Shown here: positions 20,630-31,932 of the stretch, in pieces | How positions within the stretch are numbered: position 1 is the first letter of the stretch | How the letters are laid out: each line of letters starts with the position of its first letter | NCBI GenBank assembly: GCA_963740355.1 | Contig: CAVUDW010000003.1 | Coordinates: 2,016,001 to 2,080,000 of the forward strand | DNA length: 64,000 bases | Source: an uncultured Gemmatimonadaceae bacterium | Lineage (GTDB): Bacteria > Gemmatimonadota > Gemmatimonadetes > Gemmatimonadales > Gemmatimonadaceae | Direction of reading: 5' to 3' | Notes under the pieces: model-generated | The model's input: the letters and a program-made list of their open reading frames with translations, nothing else | The model's database searches: none | Told to the model about the DNA's origin: nothing | Position numbers and translations under genes: made by a program

Positions 20630-20981
20630 CGCTGAATGGGGAGTGTGAGAAGTCGGCCAGTTCTATCGGAACAATACAGCTGCCAACCAAATGATATCGG
20701 CGCCAGAGTTCTTGACAGGCGAGGGTAACGCCACTGACGCCCACACCTTTCGGAACCGTGACGCAGGCGACGCGTTTTTGTTGAACTCAACGGTGCGACC
20801 TGAAAGAGGTCAAACACATTTCGAGTTGACAAGAGCCGAATACAGTTTAGCAATTCTATGTGTTTAAACGAGGTCTGAGAGACCGTCATTCGGCTTGAAG
20901 AATTTCGCCAATCTCGCCTCTGCCAGACATTTCGCCACGGCATCCAACCTATTACGTCTCCATTCGCCGCACCAAATCGTA

Positions 20982-21386
20982 ATGCCCAACGTGCTCCTGA
21001 ATCGGAATCGCTGGTTGGTCGGATTCGCTGTCCTGCTTGTTGCAGGACAGCAGGCGAAGGCGCAATCAATTGCGCAGGCTGGCGGAAGCGTCGTCAGACG
21101 GAGCGCTACGGAGCCGCCGCAGAGAGAGTTTCTGGAGCTTCGGGGAGCATCCAGAACCGTCGCGGCCGGCTCGCGGCCACCGACGTTCATCGTTGACACG
21201 GCAGTCGTTTCTAGCCGCGGAACCTACGCTGGCTTTGGTGCAATCGCGGGCGCACTGGCCGGAGGTATTCTCATGGCGACGAAATGCAGTCGAGACGATT
21301 GCTACGTGCCGTTGGTGCCCATCGCTGTCGGTGGAGCCGCCGGCGGCGCGCTCGGAGCGCTGATCGGACTGTTCATCGACAGGTAG
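20982..21386 (+). CDS. Small exported/membrane protein with glycine-zipper helices
   Basis: Signal peptide (AKAQ); GAIAGALAGG and GGAAGGALGALIG; CSRDDC loop. Confidence 0.7.
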   Translation: MPNVLLNRNRWLVGFAVLLVAGQQAKAQSIAQAGGSVVRRSATEPPQREFLELRGASRTVAAGSRPPTFIVDTAVVSSRGTYAGFGAIAGALAGGILMATKCSRDDCYVPLVPIAVGGAAGGALGALIGLFIDR

Positions 21387-21415
21387 GCGAAAACGACACG
21401 CAGACTGAAGTCCCT

Positions 21416-21448
21416 GGCGCCAAGGCAGACTGTCCCCGCCTTGGCGCC
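21416..21448. terminator. Hairpin between convergent genes (possible bidirectional terminator)
   Basis: 11-bp perfect stem ggcgccaaggc/gccttggcgcc, 11-nt loop; no U-tract. Confidence 0.4.
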
Positions 21449-21523
21449 CTTCGCGGCGGCGCCTACTTACACACGAAGTGGGCGCCACGGAGAGAGAGGG
21501 GGTAGATCAGGCGCAGGCGGCTC

Positions 21524-23341
21524 TCAGCCGTGAATCAACGCGTCCGGTTCCAACTGCTCGACTACGACAGGAGCCGCCGGCTCCACCACCACCGACACCT
21601 CCAGCGTCTCCGATCCACCACCGACATAGATCGTCCCCGACGTCGGCGTGGCATCGACATAGTTGCGACCCACAGCCACCCGAACATGATCGGTCTGCGT
21701 CAGGATGCCATTGGTGGGATCGAACCCCTTCCAGCCCACTTCAGGCAGGTACACCTGCACCCACGCGTGTGATGCTTCGGACTGCCGATGATTCTCGTGC
21801 TTCGGTCCCGTGTACACATAGCCGCACACATATCGCGCCGGCACACCGAGCAGCCGCGCAAGACAGATGAACAGGTTCGTGAAATCCTGGCACACACCAT
21901 ATCGATTGACGTAGACCTCGAACGGCGTCGTCGTCACCGTCGTCGTGCCCTGCCGATACGCGTACTCGCGGAAGATCGAGCTGTTGATGTCGAGCAGCGT
22001 CTCCAACAGGTCGGAGTCGTTGCGCTTCACGAAGCTCATGGCGTAGTCGAGTAACTCGTCGAGCTGGCTTTCCGGCAGCTCCGGCGGCAACAGGAACGGT
22101 TCGAGGATCTGCCTCTGCCACGGCATCCAGACCAGCGGAATCGACGACCGAACACGCAACGGCCGGAATGACAGCGGATCGGAATCGAGCAACTCGACCG
22201 TCGCCCGTGATTCGATCGCCAGTTCGGTGTAGGGCCGCTCGATCAGCAGCCGCTGCGCGCGATTCCCGAACACATCCTCGTACTCGCGACTTTGCACCGT
22301 GGTGAGCGGCTGTCCATCCACCGTGATCGTGACTTCGTGCTTCAGCACATGCTGCAAGTGATCATGCACCGGCACCAGTCGCAGGTTGTGTGTACTCCGC
22401 TCGACCGCGCGCTTGTAGCGATACACCGTGCGATGGCTGACCTCGAGCTGGCGCGACGGCGACGCGATCGGATGAGGAATGACGGTGGTGGCCACCATGC
22501 CGGTGATGACAGCATCGGGAGCCGTGACCGTGCCCGGGACTGCGGCAGGCGCCACTTCCACACGCACCGCACCCTGCCGGATGATCAGCAGGTGTCCCGG
22601 CGCGACCAGGCGCCACTTCGCATCGGGCATACCTTCCACATCGAGCGGGTCCGACGAGATCACGACGCCCTTCCGACTCTTCGCGCCACGCTGCGTCAGG
22701 TCAACCGTCAGGTCTTCGTCGCCGAACTTGAGCTTTGCGTACGGCGGCACGATCTCCCACACGAACACATTGCCGACACTGAGATTGTCGGCGTACACCA
22801 TCAGGTCGCGACCATCGCTGATGCAGGTGGTCATCGACCCTTGCCGATTCAGCTCCGCAAACCAACCGCGCAACACTTCGGGATCGGCGTCACCGAGGCT
22901 CTTCCAGCCGCGATCAGCGATGCGCTCCAGCAACTCGCAGAAAATCTGCTCGGTATCGGTCGAACCCACAGCTTCGAAGCGTGCGCCAGCGCGCGGTTCG
23001 AGTCGGCCAGTGAGGCTGCCACCATGCGCGATCAACCAGTCGCGTCCTCCCCAACTACGCGAGAAGGGCTGGGTGTTGGCATCGGTGACCGGTCCCCAGG
23101 TCGCGACGCGAATGTGCAGCACGAACAGCGACGACTCGAGATGCTCCCACGCCTTGATCAGCTCACTGCGAATGCTGCCATGCGGCGGCGTCGGCTCCTT
23201 CAGCACGGCCGCCGACGGCCCGCCGCCGGGGTAATAGCCAATGCCCCAGCCATCGGGGGGCCGACGACCGGGACGCAAGCAGTGCAAATCGAACGACGGT
23301 GCGAAGTCGCCTTCAAACGACATCGCGAGGTATTTCGGCAT
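21524..23341 (-). CDS. Class II glutamine amidotransferase-like (YafJ/EgtC) domain fused to transglutaminase
   Basis: DGWGI, HIRVAT, NTQPF, GSTDTE; C-half has HRTVYRY N-domain and GVCQDF/SHAW/FDPTN triad; ATG overlaps upstream TAA. Confidence 0.85.
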   Translation of the reverse strand: MPKYLAMSFEGDFAPSFDLHCLRPGRRPPDGWGIGYYPGGGPSAAVLKEPTPPHGSIRSELIKAWEHLESSLFVLHIRVATWGPVTDANTQPFSRSWGGRDWLIAHGGSLTGRLEPRAGARFEAVGSTDTEQIFCELLERIADRGWKSLGDADPEVLRGWFAELNRQGSMTTCISDGRDLMVYADNLSVGNVFVWEIVPPYAKLKFGDEDLTVDLTQRGAKSRKGVVISSDPLDVEGMPDAKWRLVAPGHLLIIRQGAVRVEVAPAAVPGTVTAPDAVITGMVATTVIPHPIASPSRQLEVSHRTVYRYKRAVERSTHNLRLVPVHDHLQHVLKHEVTITVDGQPLTTVQSREYEDVFGNRAQRLLIERPYTELAIESRATVELLDSDPLSFRPLRVRSSIPLVWMPWQRQILEPFLLPPELPESQLDELLDYAMSFVKRNDSDLLETLLDINSSIFREYAYRQGTTTVTTTPFEVYVNRYGVCQDFTNLFICLARLLGVPARYVCGYVYTGPKHENHRQSEASHAWVQVYLPEVGWKGFDPTNGILTQTDHVRVAVGRNYVDATPTSGTIYVGGGSETLEVSVVVEPAAPVVVEQLEPDALIHG

Positions 23342-24327
23342 TACTGCGCAGACTCCATCGCGGGGGCCGAGGTCTGGCCGAAGAGTTCTCGACTCAGCCC
23401 CGTGCAAATCGCCGCGATCTCGTCGACGACATGCGTGAGCAAGGCATGAATATCGCCACCCGTGCCCTCCGCCGCACGTTCCGTCACCCAACGGTCGAGT
23501 GCGTGCAGTCGCTCGTACGTCGATCCACCGGGCAGATCAGCCTGCTCCGGGGGACGGATCACCGAGAACCGACACCACGCCTCGTGCACGCTGTACGCAA
23601 TGGATTTCGGGAAGATCGGCTCGAACAGCAGAAACGCCGCCACCGCAACACCGGTGACGCGCCCACGATTCCGTTTCGAGAACGGCTCATACGCCGAACA
23701 GACCCGCAGCAGCGACAACCAGAGCGCCGTCTCGACGACCTGATGCGTCCGCTCCCGGAGCATCAGCGCGTGGTGATGTACATCCACCACCCGCGCGGTC
23801 TGTGACCCGCGCTCGAGCAGCATGCCGAGCCAGACGAAGTTGAGCGGCAACTCATGCAGCATCGTCGAGCGTAGCAGGCCCGAGATCAGCTGGCAGCCCT
23901 GACGCAAGCGCTTGTAGAACGAGTACCGCGCATTGTGGTACTCGGTGCGCGCGAGATCACTGCCAAGCCAGAGGTACATCTCGTTCACCGCTTCCCAGAC
24001 CTCGAGGCTGATCACCTCACGAATCGACCTGGCATTCTCTCGCGCGGCGGCCACCGAGCTCTGGATCGACGACAGGTTGTCGGTATCCCAGCTCATGTAG
24101 TCCTCGACGCGCTTGCCGATGATCTCGTTCGGCACATCCTCGCCGAACTTCTCGATGAATCGCGACTCCTCACCGCTCACGATCACCACCGGCAACCAGC
24201 ATTGGCGCGGCTCGAGCGCGCCGTCCAGCGAGAGGTTGCGTGTGATGTAGAGCAACCGAGCCGTGGCTTCGGTGCGCTCGAGATACCGTCCGAACCAGAA
24301 GCAGCAATCCGCGACACGTGAGATCAT
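23341..24327 (-). CDS. Alpha-E domain protein (DUF403)
   Basis: [32 protein letters not shown]. Confidence 0.92.
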   Translation of the reverse strand: MISRVADCCFWFGRYLERTEATARLLYITRNLSLDGALEPRQCWLPVVIVSGEESRFIEKFGEDVPNEIIGKRVEDYMSWDTDNLSSIQSSVAAARENARSIREVISLEVWEAVNEMYLWLGSDLARTEYHNARYSFYKRLRQGCQLISGLLRSTMLHELPLNFVWLGMLLERGSQTARVVDVHHHALMLRERTHQVVETALWLSLLRVCSAYEPFSKRNRGRVTGVAVAAFLLFEPIFPKSIAYSVHEAWCRFSVIRPPEQADLPGGSTYERLHALDRWVTERAAEGTGGDIHALLTHVVDEIAAICTGLSRELFGQTSAPAMESAQ

Positions 24328-25790
24328 GACACCACCTTCTGCACCCAGGTGTCCTTCGACCCGCCGCCCTGCGACGAGTTGACGACGTACGACCCCGGTA
24401 CCAACGCCACGCGCGTCAGTCCGCCAGGAAGCACCCACGGCCCTTCCTTGCTGGTCAGGATATACGGCCGCAGATCCACCCGCCTCGGTTCCATGCACCG
24501 GCGCTCGGCGTCCCACGTCGGGCAGGTGGAGAGCTCGATGCGTGGCTGCGCGATGTACTTCCTCGGATCAGCCTCGATGCGCTTCCGGAAGACTTCGAGC
24601 TCCGCCTTTGATGCCTGCGGTCCCATGAGCATGCCGTATCCTCCCGATTCGTCCACCGCCTTCACTACCAGCTCCGACAGATGCTCCACGACATACCGAC
24701 GATCGGCATCGCGAAGGCAGACGTAGGTCGGTACCTGATCCAGCAGCGGCGCCTCTGACAGGTAGTACTGGATCATGTCAGGCACGAAGGGATAGATCGC
24801 CTTGTCATCCGCCACGCCATTCCCGGGCGCGTTGGCCAGCGTCACGTTGCCGGCAGCCCAGGCACGCATCAAGCCGGGAACGCCGAGCAGTGAATCGGGG
24901 CGAAAGACCTCGGGATCGAGAAACAGTTCGTCCGTTCGTCGATAAATCACATCGACCGGCCTGGGCCCGCGCGTGGTTCGCATGAACACCCGGTCATTCT
25001 CGACGAACAGGTCCGGCGCCTCCACCAGTTCGATGCCCATCTGCCGCGCGAGGAAGCTGTGCTCGAAGTACGCGGAGTTGTACGAACCAGGTGTCAGCAC
25101 CACGACGCACGATTCATCGGGATCGCGCGGCGACACCGACCGCAGCGTTTCGCCGAGTCGCGATGCGTAGTGATCGACGCCGTGCACCGACGCTTGCTCG
25201 AACAGTCGCGGGAAGATGCGCTTGGTGGCCTGCCGATTCTCGACCACGTACGACACCCCCGACGGCGTTCGCACGTTGTCTTCCAGCACACGGAATGCCC
25301 CTTCGGGATCGCGAATGAGGTCGATGCCAGAGATGTGCACGCGCACACCGCCGGCCGGCTTCACTCCCTTGATCGCGGGCAGATACTGTTGCGCGCCGAG
25401 TACCAGCTCGGTGGGAATCACCCCATCGCGCAGGATCTTCTGCTCCCCGTACACGTCGTCGAGGAACGCGCTCAGCGCACGCACGCGTTGCGTCAGCCCG
25501 AGTTCGAGCTTCGTCCAGTCACGCGCGGCGACGATGCGTGGCACGAGGTCGAAGGGAAAGACCTTTTCCGTGCCACGATTGTCGGCGTACACGGAAAATG
25601 TCACGCCCTGATTCAGCAGCGCCATTTCGGCCAGTGCCTGCGACCGCGCAAATTCGTCCGGGGTGGACGCGCCGAGTGCGGTGAGCACGCGCTGAAACCC
25701 TTCGCGAGGCTGCCCCGATGCCTCGAACAACTCGTCGTACGTGCCCGCGTGTGTCTTGTACCGCTCGAACAGACTGGTCATCGGCATCAC
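24324..25790 (-). CDS. Circularly permuted type 2 ATP-grasp protein
   Basis: [67 protein letters not shown]. Confidence 0.93.
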   Translation of the reverse strand: MMPMTSLFERYKTHAGTYDELFEASGQPREGFQRVLTALGASTPDEFARSQALAEMALLNQGVTFSVYADNRGTEKVFPFDLVPRIVAARDWTKLELGLTQRVRALSAFLDDVYGEQKILRDGVIPTELVLGAQQYLPAIKGVKPAGGVRVHISGIDLIRDPEGAFRVLEDNVRTPSGVSYVVENRQATKRIFPRLFEQASVHGVDHYASRLGETLRSVSPRDPDESCVVVLTPGSYNSAYFEHSFLARQMGIELVEAPDLFVENDRVFMRTTRGPRPVDVIYRRTDELFLDPEVFRPDSLLGVPGLMRAWAAGNVTLANAPGNGVADDKAIYPFVPDMIQYYLSEAPLLDQVPTYVCLRDADRRYVVEHLSELVVKAVDESGGYGMLMGPQASKAELEVFRKRIEADPRKYIAQPRIELSTCPTWDAERRCMEPRRVDLRPYILTSKEGPWVLPGGLTRVALVPGSYVVNSSQGGGSKDTWVQKVVS

Positions 25791-25855
25791 ACTCTTGCGG
25801 GTAGGCGGGAGAGGAGCGGCAAACGTTTCGGTCGGTGCAGCGACTGCGATTGCCG

Positions 25856-28800
25856 CTACACCAGCGGCGCGTCAGGTGGTGGTGGCGGACGATCGATGTT
25901 GAAGCGTCGCAGGTCCAACGTGTACGGTGCGTCATCATGCGCACTGACCACGCGCGCATTCACCGGCGCACGCAGGGGCTCGGCGCGCGTGAACCGCTGC
26001 GCTCGACGAGCAGCGGCTTCCATGCGCGTCAGCGGCGCCAACTCGAACCCACGCCCTTCCGGATGCCAGACGTGATAGGCGCAGGCGCCGAGTGATCGCT
26101 TCGACCAGCTGTCGACGATGTCGATCCGGATCGGGTGATGAATGCCAAGATGCGCATGCAGGCTGTGGGGCGGCGCCCAGGCGCGGAAGCGCACACCACC
26201 GACGCGCTCCCCCGCCGTGCCAGAGGCGCGCATCGGCAGTTGATGGCCATTCACCAGCACCAGATGACGTTCCGGGACGGCGCCCGTCAGCCGCACCTCG
26301 ATCCGTTCCATCGACGAATCGACGTAGCGCGACGTGCCCGACGGCGTCGACTCTTCACCAAGCACCATCCACGGCTCGATGGCGTTGCGCACTTCGAGCG
26401 TGACTTCACCGGATTCCATCGTCCCCACCAACGGGCAGCGCAAATCGACGAAGGGCGTGTATGCCGCTGCAGGTAGCGGGAAACCCTTCGCGTCGAGGAA
26501 TTCCAGCACATCTTCGAAGTCGCGCCAGAGGTACGTCGGCAGCAGGAAACGGTCGTGCAGCGTCTGGCCCCACCGAACCAGCGGCGCCTTGTACTGTTCG
26601 TTCGAGAAACAGGCCAGCAGTGACCGCACCAGCAGCGCCTGCGCCGTGATCATGCGCGGGTGCGATGGCATCTCGAAGGCGCGCAGTTCGACGATGCCCT
26701 GTCGGCCGAACGGCGTCCCCGGATCGTACAACTTGTCGATCGAGACTTCCGCGCGGTGGGTGTTGCCTGCCACGTCCACCAGCAGGTGCCGGAACAACAG
26801 GTCGGTCAGCCACGGCGGCGACGGCTGTGTGCGATCGTGCGCACGCTCGAGAGCGATCTCCATTTCATACAGCGCATCGTGCCGCGCCTCATCGATGCGC
26901 GGCGCTTCCGATGTCGGGCCGACGAAGAGCCCCGAAAACATGTACGACAGCGACGGATGATGCTGCAGGAAGGTGAGCAGGCTCGCCAGCAGGTCGGGAC
27001 GCTGCAGGAATGGGCTCTGCAGCGGTTCAGGACCACCGAACGTGACGTGATTGCCACCGCCGCTGCCGGCCATGCGCCCATCGAGCAGGTACTTCTCGCT
27101 GTGCAAGCCGGCGTGCAGCGCAACGTCGAACACGGCGTCCACTAGCTCCGCATGCTGGCGCACTGTGGTCACCGGCGGCAACGCCACTTCCAGCACGCCA
27201 GGATCAGGCGTGACGCAGAACTTCTTCAGCTCCGGTGTCGAGACCGGCGGATACCCTTCCAGCGCCACCGACATCGAAAGCGTCTGCGCCGTCTCGTCGA
27301 CGATCGCCAGCAGCGCGAGAAAATCGTCCGCCGATTCGAGCGGCGGGAAGAACACACGCACCGCACCGTCGCGCTCTTCGACGCAGAGTGCCGTGCCAAT
27401 CGCGGCGCCGAGCACACTGGTCCCCTGCGCCTGCAGCAACGCCGCTGGTGTGGCGCTGCGCGACTGCACCAACCGCTGCAGCATCGCCGTCATCGTCTCG
27501 CGCTGCTTGGCCTCATGCGCGCGCAATGCTTCCGTGCGCGGATCGGGCGGAGTGACGACCGGCTCCACCGGCGACGCGACGTAGCCACCGCCAAGCGACT
27601 TGAGCGGAAGCCGCAAGCCCATCGGACCGTCACCCGGGATCAGGTACAACTCGCCACGTCGGAACGTCCACCGATCACTGAGCCACTGGCCATCGAATCG
27701 CGTCAGCGGCAACACGAAACCAGCTTCGGTACTCAAGCCGCGATCGAGCAGTCGCGCCAGGCGACGGCGTTCCTCTGGATCATCGAGCTTCGCCGTGCGT
27801 GGATCGATATCCACCGGCAGGCTGGCCTCGTCCTGCAAGGCCCGCCACGGATCTTCGAACGCCGGGATGACGTAGTCTGACAGATCGAGCTTTTTCGCGA
27901 GTGCAGCAGCGAATCGAGCCGCGTGGTGCGGCGTCGCGCCCTTCGTCTCGACCAATGTCTTGCCATGCCAGATCGGCTTGCCGTCGGTCCGGCCAATGAT
28001 GTCGAGCGCCCATCGCGGAAGGCTCTCACCGGGATAGTGCTTGCCGACGCGCTCCATCACGATGCCGCCAGGCGCCAGTCGATGCGCCAGGCCCGCTGCG
28101 AACCGTCGCCCGATGCGCGTCTTGTGCGGGCCAAGCGCGTCGCCGTTCCACTCCGGGGCGTCCGGATAGTCGCGACCGTTGAAGGTTGGCTCGCCGCCCA
28201 TCGTCATCGACAATCCAGCCTGCAGCAACGCGGCGTCGGCACGATCACCGGCGTCGAGCAGCGCTTCCCAGACCTCTTCCTCATACGGACGCGTCGGATG
28301 CGCTTCATGCTCCAGACGCTGGATCTTCATGCTGAACAACACACTCTCGGCGGTCGTGTCGCTGGTGCCTTCGACCGGCGCCGCCAACGGCGGAGATGCA
28401 GTGCAGGCGAGCGGGATATGGCCTTCACCGCACAACAATCCGCTCGTGGCATCGAGCCCGATCCAGCCGCCACCGGGCACATACACTTCGGCCCACGCAT
28501 GCAGGTCGACCACGTCGGTCGCCACACCTTTCTTCTCACCGGGGATCATTCCGTCATCGGTGAGTTGGATCAGGTAGCCGCTCACGAATCGCGCAGCCAA
28601 GCCGCGCGAACGCAGTGCCGCGATCAGCAGCACCGCCGAGTCACGACAGCTGCCACGACCAGCGGCAAGCGTCTGCTCAGGCGTCCAGATGCCCGCTTCC
28701 TCGCGAATCACGTACTTGGTGACCTTGTTCACCGCTTCGTTCAGCTTCACGATCAGCTGCACCGTGTCGCCATCGCGCGGCAAGGTGTCAAGAAACTCCT

Positions 28801-29191
28801 CGAGCCACATGCCACCCGCGACCGAGGCCTCGTTGCGATCGAGGAACGGCGCCAGATCCGGCAGCATCTCGGCTGGATAGGTGAACGGCGCGTCCTTGCA
28901 GCGATCGTCGACGAAGAAGTCGAACGGATTCACCGGCTTGATGTCGCAGGTGAATTCCACGCCCACCTGCAGCGACTCCACCGTGGTGCCGGCCGGATAG
29001 GTGAGACGCCCGACGAAGTTGCCGTACGGGTCCTGGAGCCAGCGGATGTCGCCTACCGGCGACACCGTCAGGCCGTAGGTCTCGATGTCGGCCTGGGTAT
29101 GGCTGGCCGGGCGGAGCCGGATCAGGTGCGGACCGAGGGCCGCCGGCGACGGATAGGCCCAGGTGCTCTGGTGCTGGACGAGGAGTCGCAT
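25856..29191 (-). CDS. Transglutaminase + DUF2126 putative amidoligase fusion
   Basis: GSCRDS/LHAW/GLDAT triad; [52 protein letters not shown]. Confidence 0.92.
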   Translation of the reverse strand: MRLLVQHQSTWAYPSPAALGPHLIRLRPASHTQADIETYGLTVSPVGDIRWLQDPYGNFVGRLTYPAGTTVESLQVGVEFTCDIKPVNPFDFFVDDRCKDAPFTYPAEMLPDLAPFLDRNEASVAGGMWLEEFLDTLPRDGDTVQLIVKLNEAVNKVTKYVIREEAGIWTPEQTLAAGRGSCRDSAVLLIAALRSRGLAARFVSGYLIQLTDDGMIPGEKKGVATDVVDLHAWAEVYVPGGGWIGLDATSGLLCGEGHIPLACTASPPLAAPVEGTSDTTAESVLFSMKIQRLEHEAHPTRPYEEEVWEALLDAGDRADAALLQAGLSMTMGGEPTFNGRDYPDAPEWNGDALGPHKTRIGRRFAAGLAHRLAPGGIVMERVGKHYPGESLPRWALDIIGRTDGKPIWHGKTLVETKGATPHHAARFAAALAKKLDLSDYVIPAFEDPWRALQDEASLPVDIDPRTAKLDDPEERRRLARLLDRGLSTEAGFVLPLTRFDGQWLSDRWTFRRGELYLIPGDGPMGLRLPLKSLGGGYVASPVEPVVTPPDPRTEALRAHEAKQRETMTAMLQRLVQSRSATPAALLQAQGTSVLGAAIGTALCVEERDGAVRVFFPPLESADDFLALLAIVDETAQTLSMSVALEGYPPVSTPELKKFCVTPDPGVLEVALPPVTTVRQHAELVDAVFDVALHAGLHSEKYLLDGRMAGSGGGNHVTFGGPEPLQSPFLQRPDLLASLLTFLQHHPSLSYMFSGLFVGPTSEAPRIDEARHDALYEMEIALERAHDRTQPSPPWLTDLLFRHLLVDVAGNTHRAEVSIDKLYDPGTPFGRQGIVELRAFEMPSHPRMITAQALLVRSLLACFSNEQYKAPLVRWGQTLHDRFLLPTYLWRDFEDVLEFLDAKGFPLPAAAYTPFVDLRCPLVGTMESGEVTLEVRNAIEPWMVLGEESTPSGTSRYVDSSMERIEVRLTGAVPERHLVLVNGHQLPMRASGTAGERVGGVRFRAWAPPHSLHAHLGIHHPIRIDIVDSWSKRSLGACAYHVWHPEGRGFELAPLTRMEAAARRAQRFTRAEPLRAPVNARVVSAHDDAPYTLDLRRFNIDRPPPPPDAPLV

Positions 29192-29374
29192 ACTGCACCG
29201 TAGTCCGGTCTGGAAGGGGGGTCAACCTTGGCTCGTGGCCGCCGCGCCCAGCCTGGGCGCGGGAGTTCCCCGACGGCGACAGCGGCGCCCCGCCCTATCA
29301 TGGAAGTCGGGGAGGGCGACGGCACCGGGTGCCTCAGTCGTCGACCTCTCGAACCGAGGTTTCGGAGGACTCGA

Positions 29375-30085
29375 ATGCATTTCGCTCGCGCCTCAGGATT
29401 ACTGGGCATCCTGGCCCTGGCTTCATGTCACCACACCACCGAACCCCTCGTGCTCAGCAACCGCGTGGTGCTGATCTCCGGGGAAAACCAGATGGTGTTG
29501 CAGCACCAACGCCCGCTGCAACCGCTCGTGGTGCGCGTTGAACGCGCGAACCGTCAACCAGTGCCTGGGGTGCAGGTCATCTTTGCGCGGACCGCTTCAC
29601 AGGCGGGCACGACACGTGGCGACACCGTCGTCACCGACAGCCTTGGGCTCGCGAGCTGGCAAGGATTTCTGCATGACGCCGGCGCGCAGGCCGTGGCGGC
29701 AACGGCCTTCGGATATGGACGAATGTCGTTCACAGTCGTCGTGCAGGCGAATGGGCACCAATTCGATGGCCTCTATCGCTTCGATTCCGTATCCGCCGTG
29801 GCGCTCGGCCTCTCTGCCATCGACTTTCTCGTGGCAGACACCACCATCACCGGCTCGAGCGGCGTGATTCACTTCGTCCGCTCCGGATCTGTCGACCAGG
29901 TCACGGGCGAGATGTCATTCGTCGAACGCGAGTCACCGAATCTCGACCGCAGCTTCACCGGACGAATCACGAGTGATGCGTCAGGTCGCGTGACGGCAAC
30001 CCTGTTGATGCAGATGCTCGATCGCCGCCCGCCGCCTCAACAACCGCCACAAGACCTGGGCACCGTGCGCGCGATTCGTCTCTGA
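29375..30085 (+). CDS. Lipoprotein with Ig-like (Big_1-like) domain
   Basis: GGAGG RBS; lipobox LASC; SGENQ..PLVVRV..PVPGVQV..TDSLGLA. Confidence 0.7.
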   Translation: MHFARASGLLGILALASCHHTTEPLVLSNRVVLISGENQMVLQHQRPLQPLVVRVERANRQPVPGVQVIFARTASQAGTTRGDTVVTDSLGLASWQGFLHDAGAQAVAATAFGYGRMSFTVVVQANGHQFDGLYRFDSVSAVALGLSAIDFLVADTTITGSSGVIHFVRSGSVDQVTGEMSFVERESPNLDRSFTGRITSDASGRVTATLLMQMLDRRPPPQQPPQDLGTVRAIRL

Positions 30086-30110
30086 GCGGCCAGACGAGTC
30101 GCGCACGCCG

Positions 30111-31817
30111 TCACGGCACCGGCGCATTCCGATCGATCTGCTTTTTCATGATCTGCAGCAGTTCCTGATTGCTCCACGGCTGCCACCCATGCGGCTTGAG
30201 TGGGCGACCGTATTCGATGGTGCCAGCGTAGTACGGTCCCTTTCCTGGCTCCTTCGTGCTCTCGAGAAAGGTCTCGAATCGGTACACACCGAGGTTGAGG
30301 AAATAGTTGTCCATGTCCCCGACGGCCACGTGCAGCTTGCCGACCAGCTTCGGGCCGATCGTGCGCCAGTTTCGCTCGACGTAGTCGCGCAGGTCGTAGC
30401 CACGCGCGCGCATCGAGTCAGCCACTGCGCGATCGATCACGCCGCTGCGCTTGTCCCACGGCGAGAGCGGATATCCATCGGCGCCGACCGGTGCCCACGC
30501 CGCGGCCCATCCATCCCACTGCCCGCCGGAACGACCGTGCGACGCAATCACCAACTCGGCGGCGTTCTCTTCACGCACTGTCAGCTCGGTGAGCCCTTCC
30601 ACGCTGCGGCTGGACGGCACTTCACGCGGCAGCCACGAACCATCGTTCATCACGAAGGCATTCGAGTCGGCGTAGATGTTGCCGAACTGGTAGTTGCGGA
30701 AATCCAGCTGGTCAGGATACAACGACCACGCACCGCCGAAGACGTCGGGATAGTGAATCTGCAGCGCCAGCACATCCCAGCCGCCGGTCGATCCGCCCGT
30801 CAGCATACGTGCATATGGCGCCGCCACCGTGCGGAATCGGCGATCGATTTCCGGGATCAGCTCCTGCGTGATCGCATCGCCATATGGGCCGTTGTTCGGC
30901 GAGTTGAGCACGTAGCTGTCGTCGTAGAATGGCGTCGTGTGCTGGATGAACACTGCGATCACTTCCGGCACCGAGCCTGATGTCCACGCCTTCTGAAATT
31001 CACAGCCCGGTTCGCGTGCACTGCGTGCGAGACGTGCCGTACGCGCCGCCGCCGTTTCTGGCGTGTCGCACCCCTCGAAGGTGAAGCCGAACGGGGCCCG
31101 TTCGCTGAAATGCCCGATCGTGTACACCACCGGATACCGGCGCGTCGGATTCTGGTCGTAGCCCTTCGGCAGCAGCACGACCGCGCCCATCGGCATCGGA
31201 TGATTCCAGAACGCGCTGGCGAGCTTCGAGGTGATGCGTACGCGCTTGACCCACTCCGTCTCCGCCTGCCCCGGCACGGCGGGCAACACCTTGGTCAGCG
31301 TCAGCGAAAGCGTCGTCTTGCGTGCGGGATCGATGCGGACCTTCTGCACCTCGCTCACCAATGAGCCAGGTGCCGCGTTGAACCGCTGTCCTTCACCCGC
31401 ATCCATGTGGGCCCAGATCGTGTGACCGTCGGCGCGCGCGAACTTCGTGTATGGCACGATCATCCCCTGCACGAAGTAGTCGCCCGCAGGCAGCCGATCG
31501 AGCGACGCCACCGGGAAACCCGGCACCGTCGGGTCGAAGGTGACGGCCTCCCCCGGCTTGAGCGCCGAGACATCGACGCCGAAAAACGGCTCACTGCTGC
31601 GTGAGGAGCCGGATTGACGGCGTGGTTCGGCCTTGTCGTTGCGGGCCACGAACAGAAACGCGCGGCCAGTGATCGGACCGGCGTTGACGCTGGCCGGAAA
31701 AGAGAGGCGGACCGTCTGCGCGCCAGCCAACACCGGTGCCAGCAGGCAGGCGAGCAGCGCGGCCATCCGTGGCGCACGCAAGGAAGAACGCGAAATCAGC
31801 AGGGGAGAATTCATCAT
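30111..31817 (-). CDS. Exported putative esterase (alpha/beta hydrolase)
   Basis: VLLPKGY, YPVVY, ELIPEID, GGSTGG nucleophile elbow, GDMD, PHGW. Confidence 0.85.
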   Translation of the reverse strand: MMNSPLLISRSSLRAPRMAALLACLLAPVLAGAQTVRLSFPASVNAGPITGRAFLFVARNDKAEPRRQSGSSRSSEPFFGVDVSALKPGEAVTFDPTVPGFPVASLDRLPAGDYFVQGMIVPYTKFARADGHTIWAHMDAGEGQRFNAAPGSLVSEVQKVRIDPARKTTLSLTLTKVLPAVPGQAETEWVKRVRITSKLASAFWNHPMPMGAVVLLPKGYDQNPTRRYPVVYTIGHFSERAPFGFTFEGCDTPETAAARTARLARSAREPGCEFQKAWTSGSVPEVIAVFIQHTTPFYDDSYVLNSPNNGPYGDAITQELIPEIDRRFRTVAAPYARMLTGGSTGGWDVLALQIHYPDVFGGAWSLYPDQLDFRNYQFGNIYADSNAFVMNDGSWLPREVPSSRSVEGLTELTVREENAAELVIASHGRSGGQWDGWAAAWAPVGADGYPLSPWDKRSGVIDRAVADSMRARGYDLRDYVERNWRTIGPKLVGKLHVAVGDMDNYFLNLGVYRFETFLESTKEPGKGPYYAGTIEYGRPLKPHGWQPWSNQELLQIMKKQIDRNAPVP

Positions 31818-31932
31818 GACCGAAATCAGCGAGGCGACCGTGCCGGAAACAATGCCCGCTGTGTAAGCGATGCTCTCACAACGATATTGACGTGCCCCCT
31901 TTGACTACCGTCTCCCGCGCCCCGTCGCGTCG

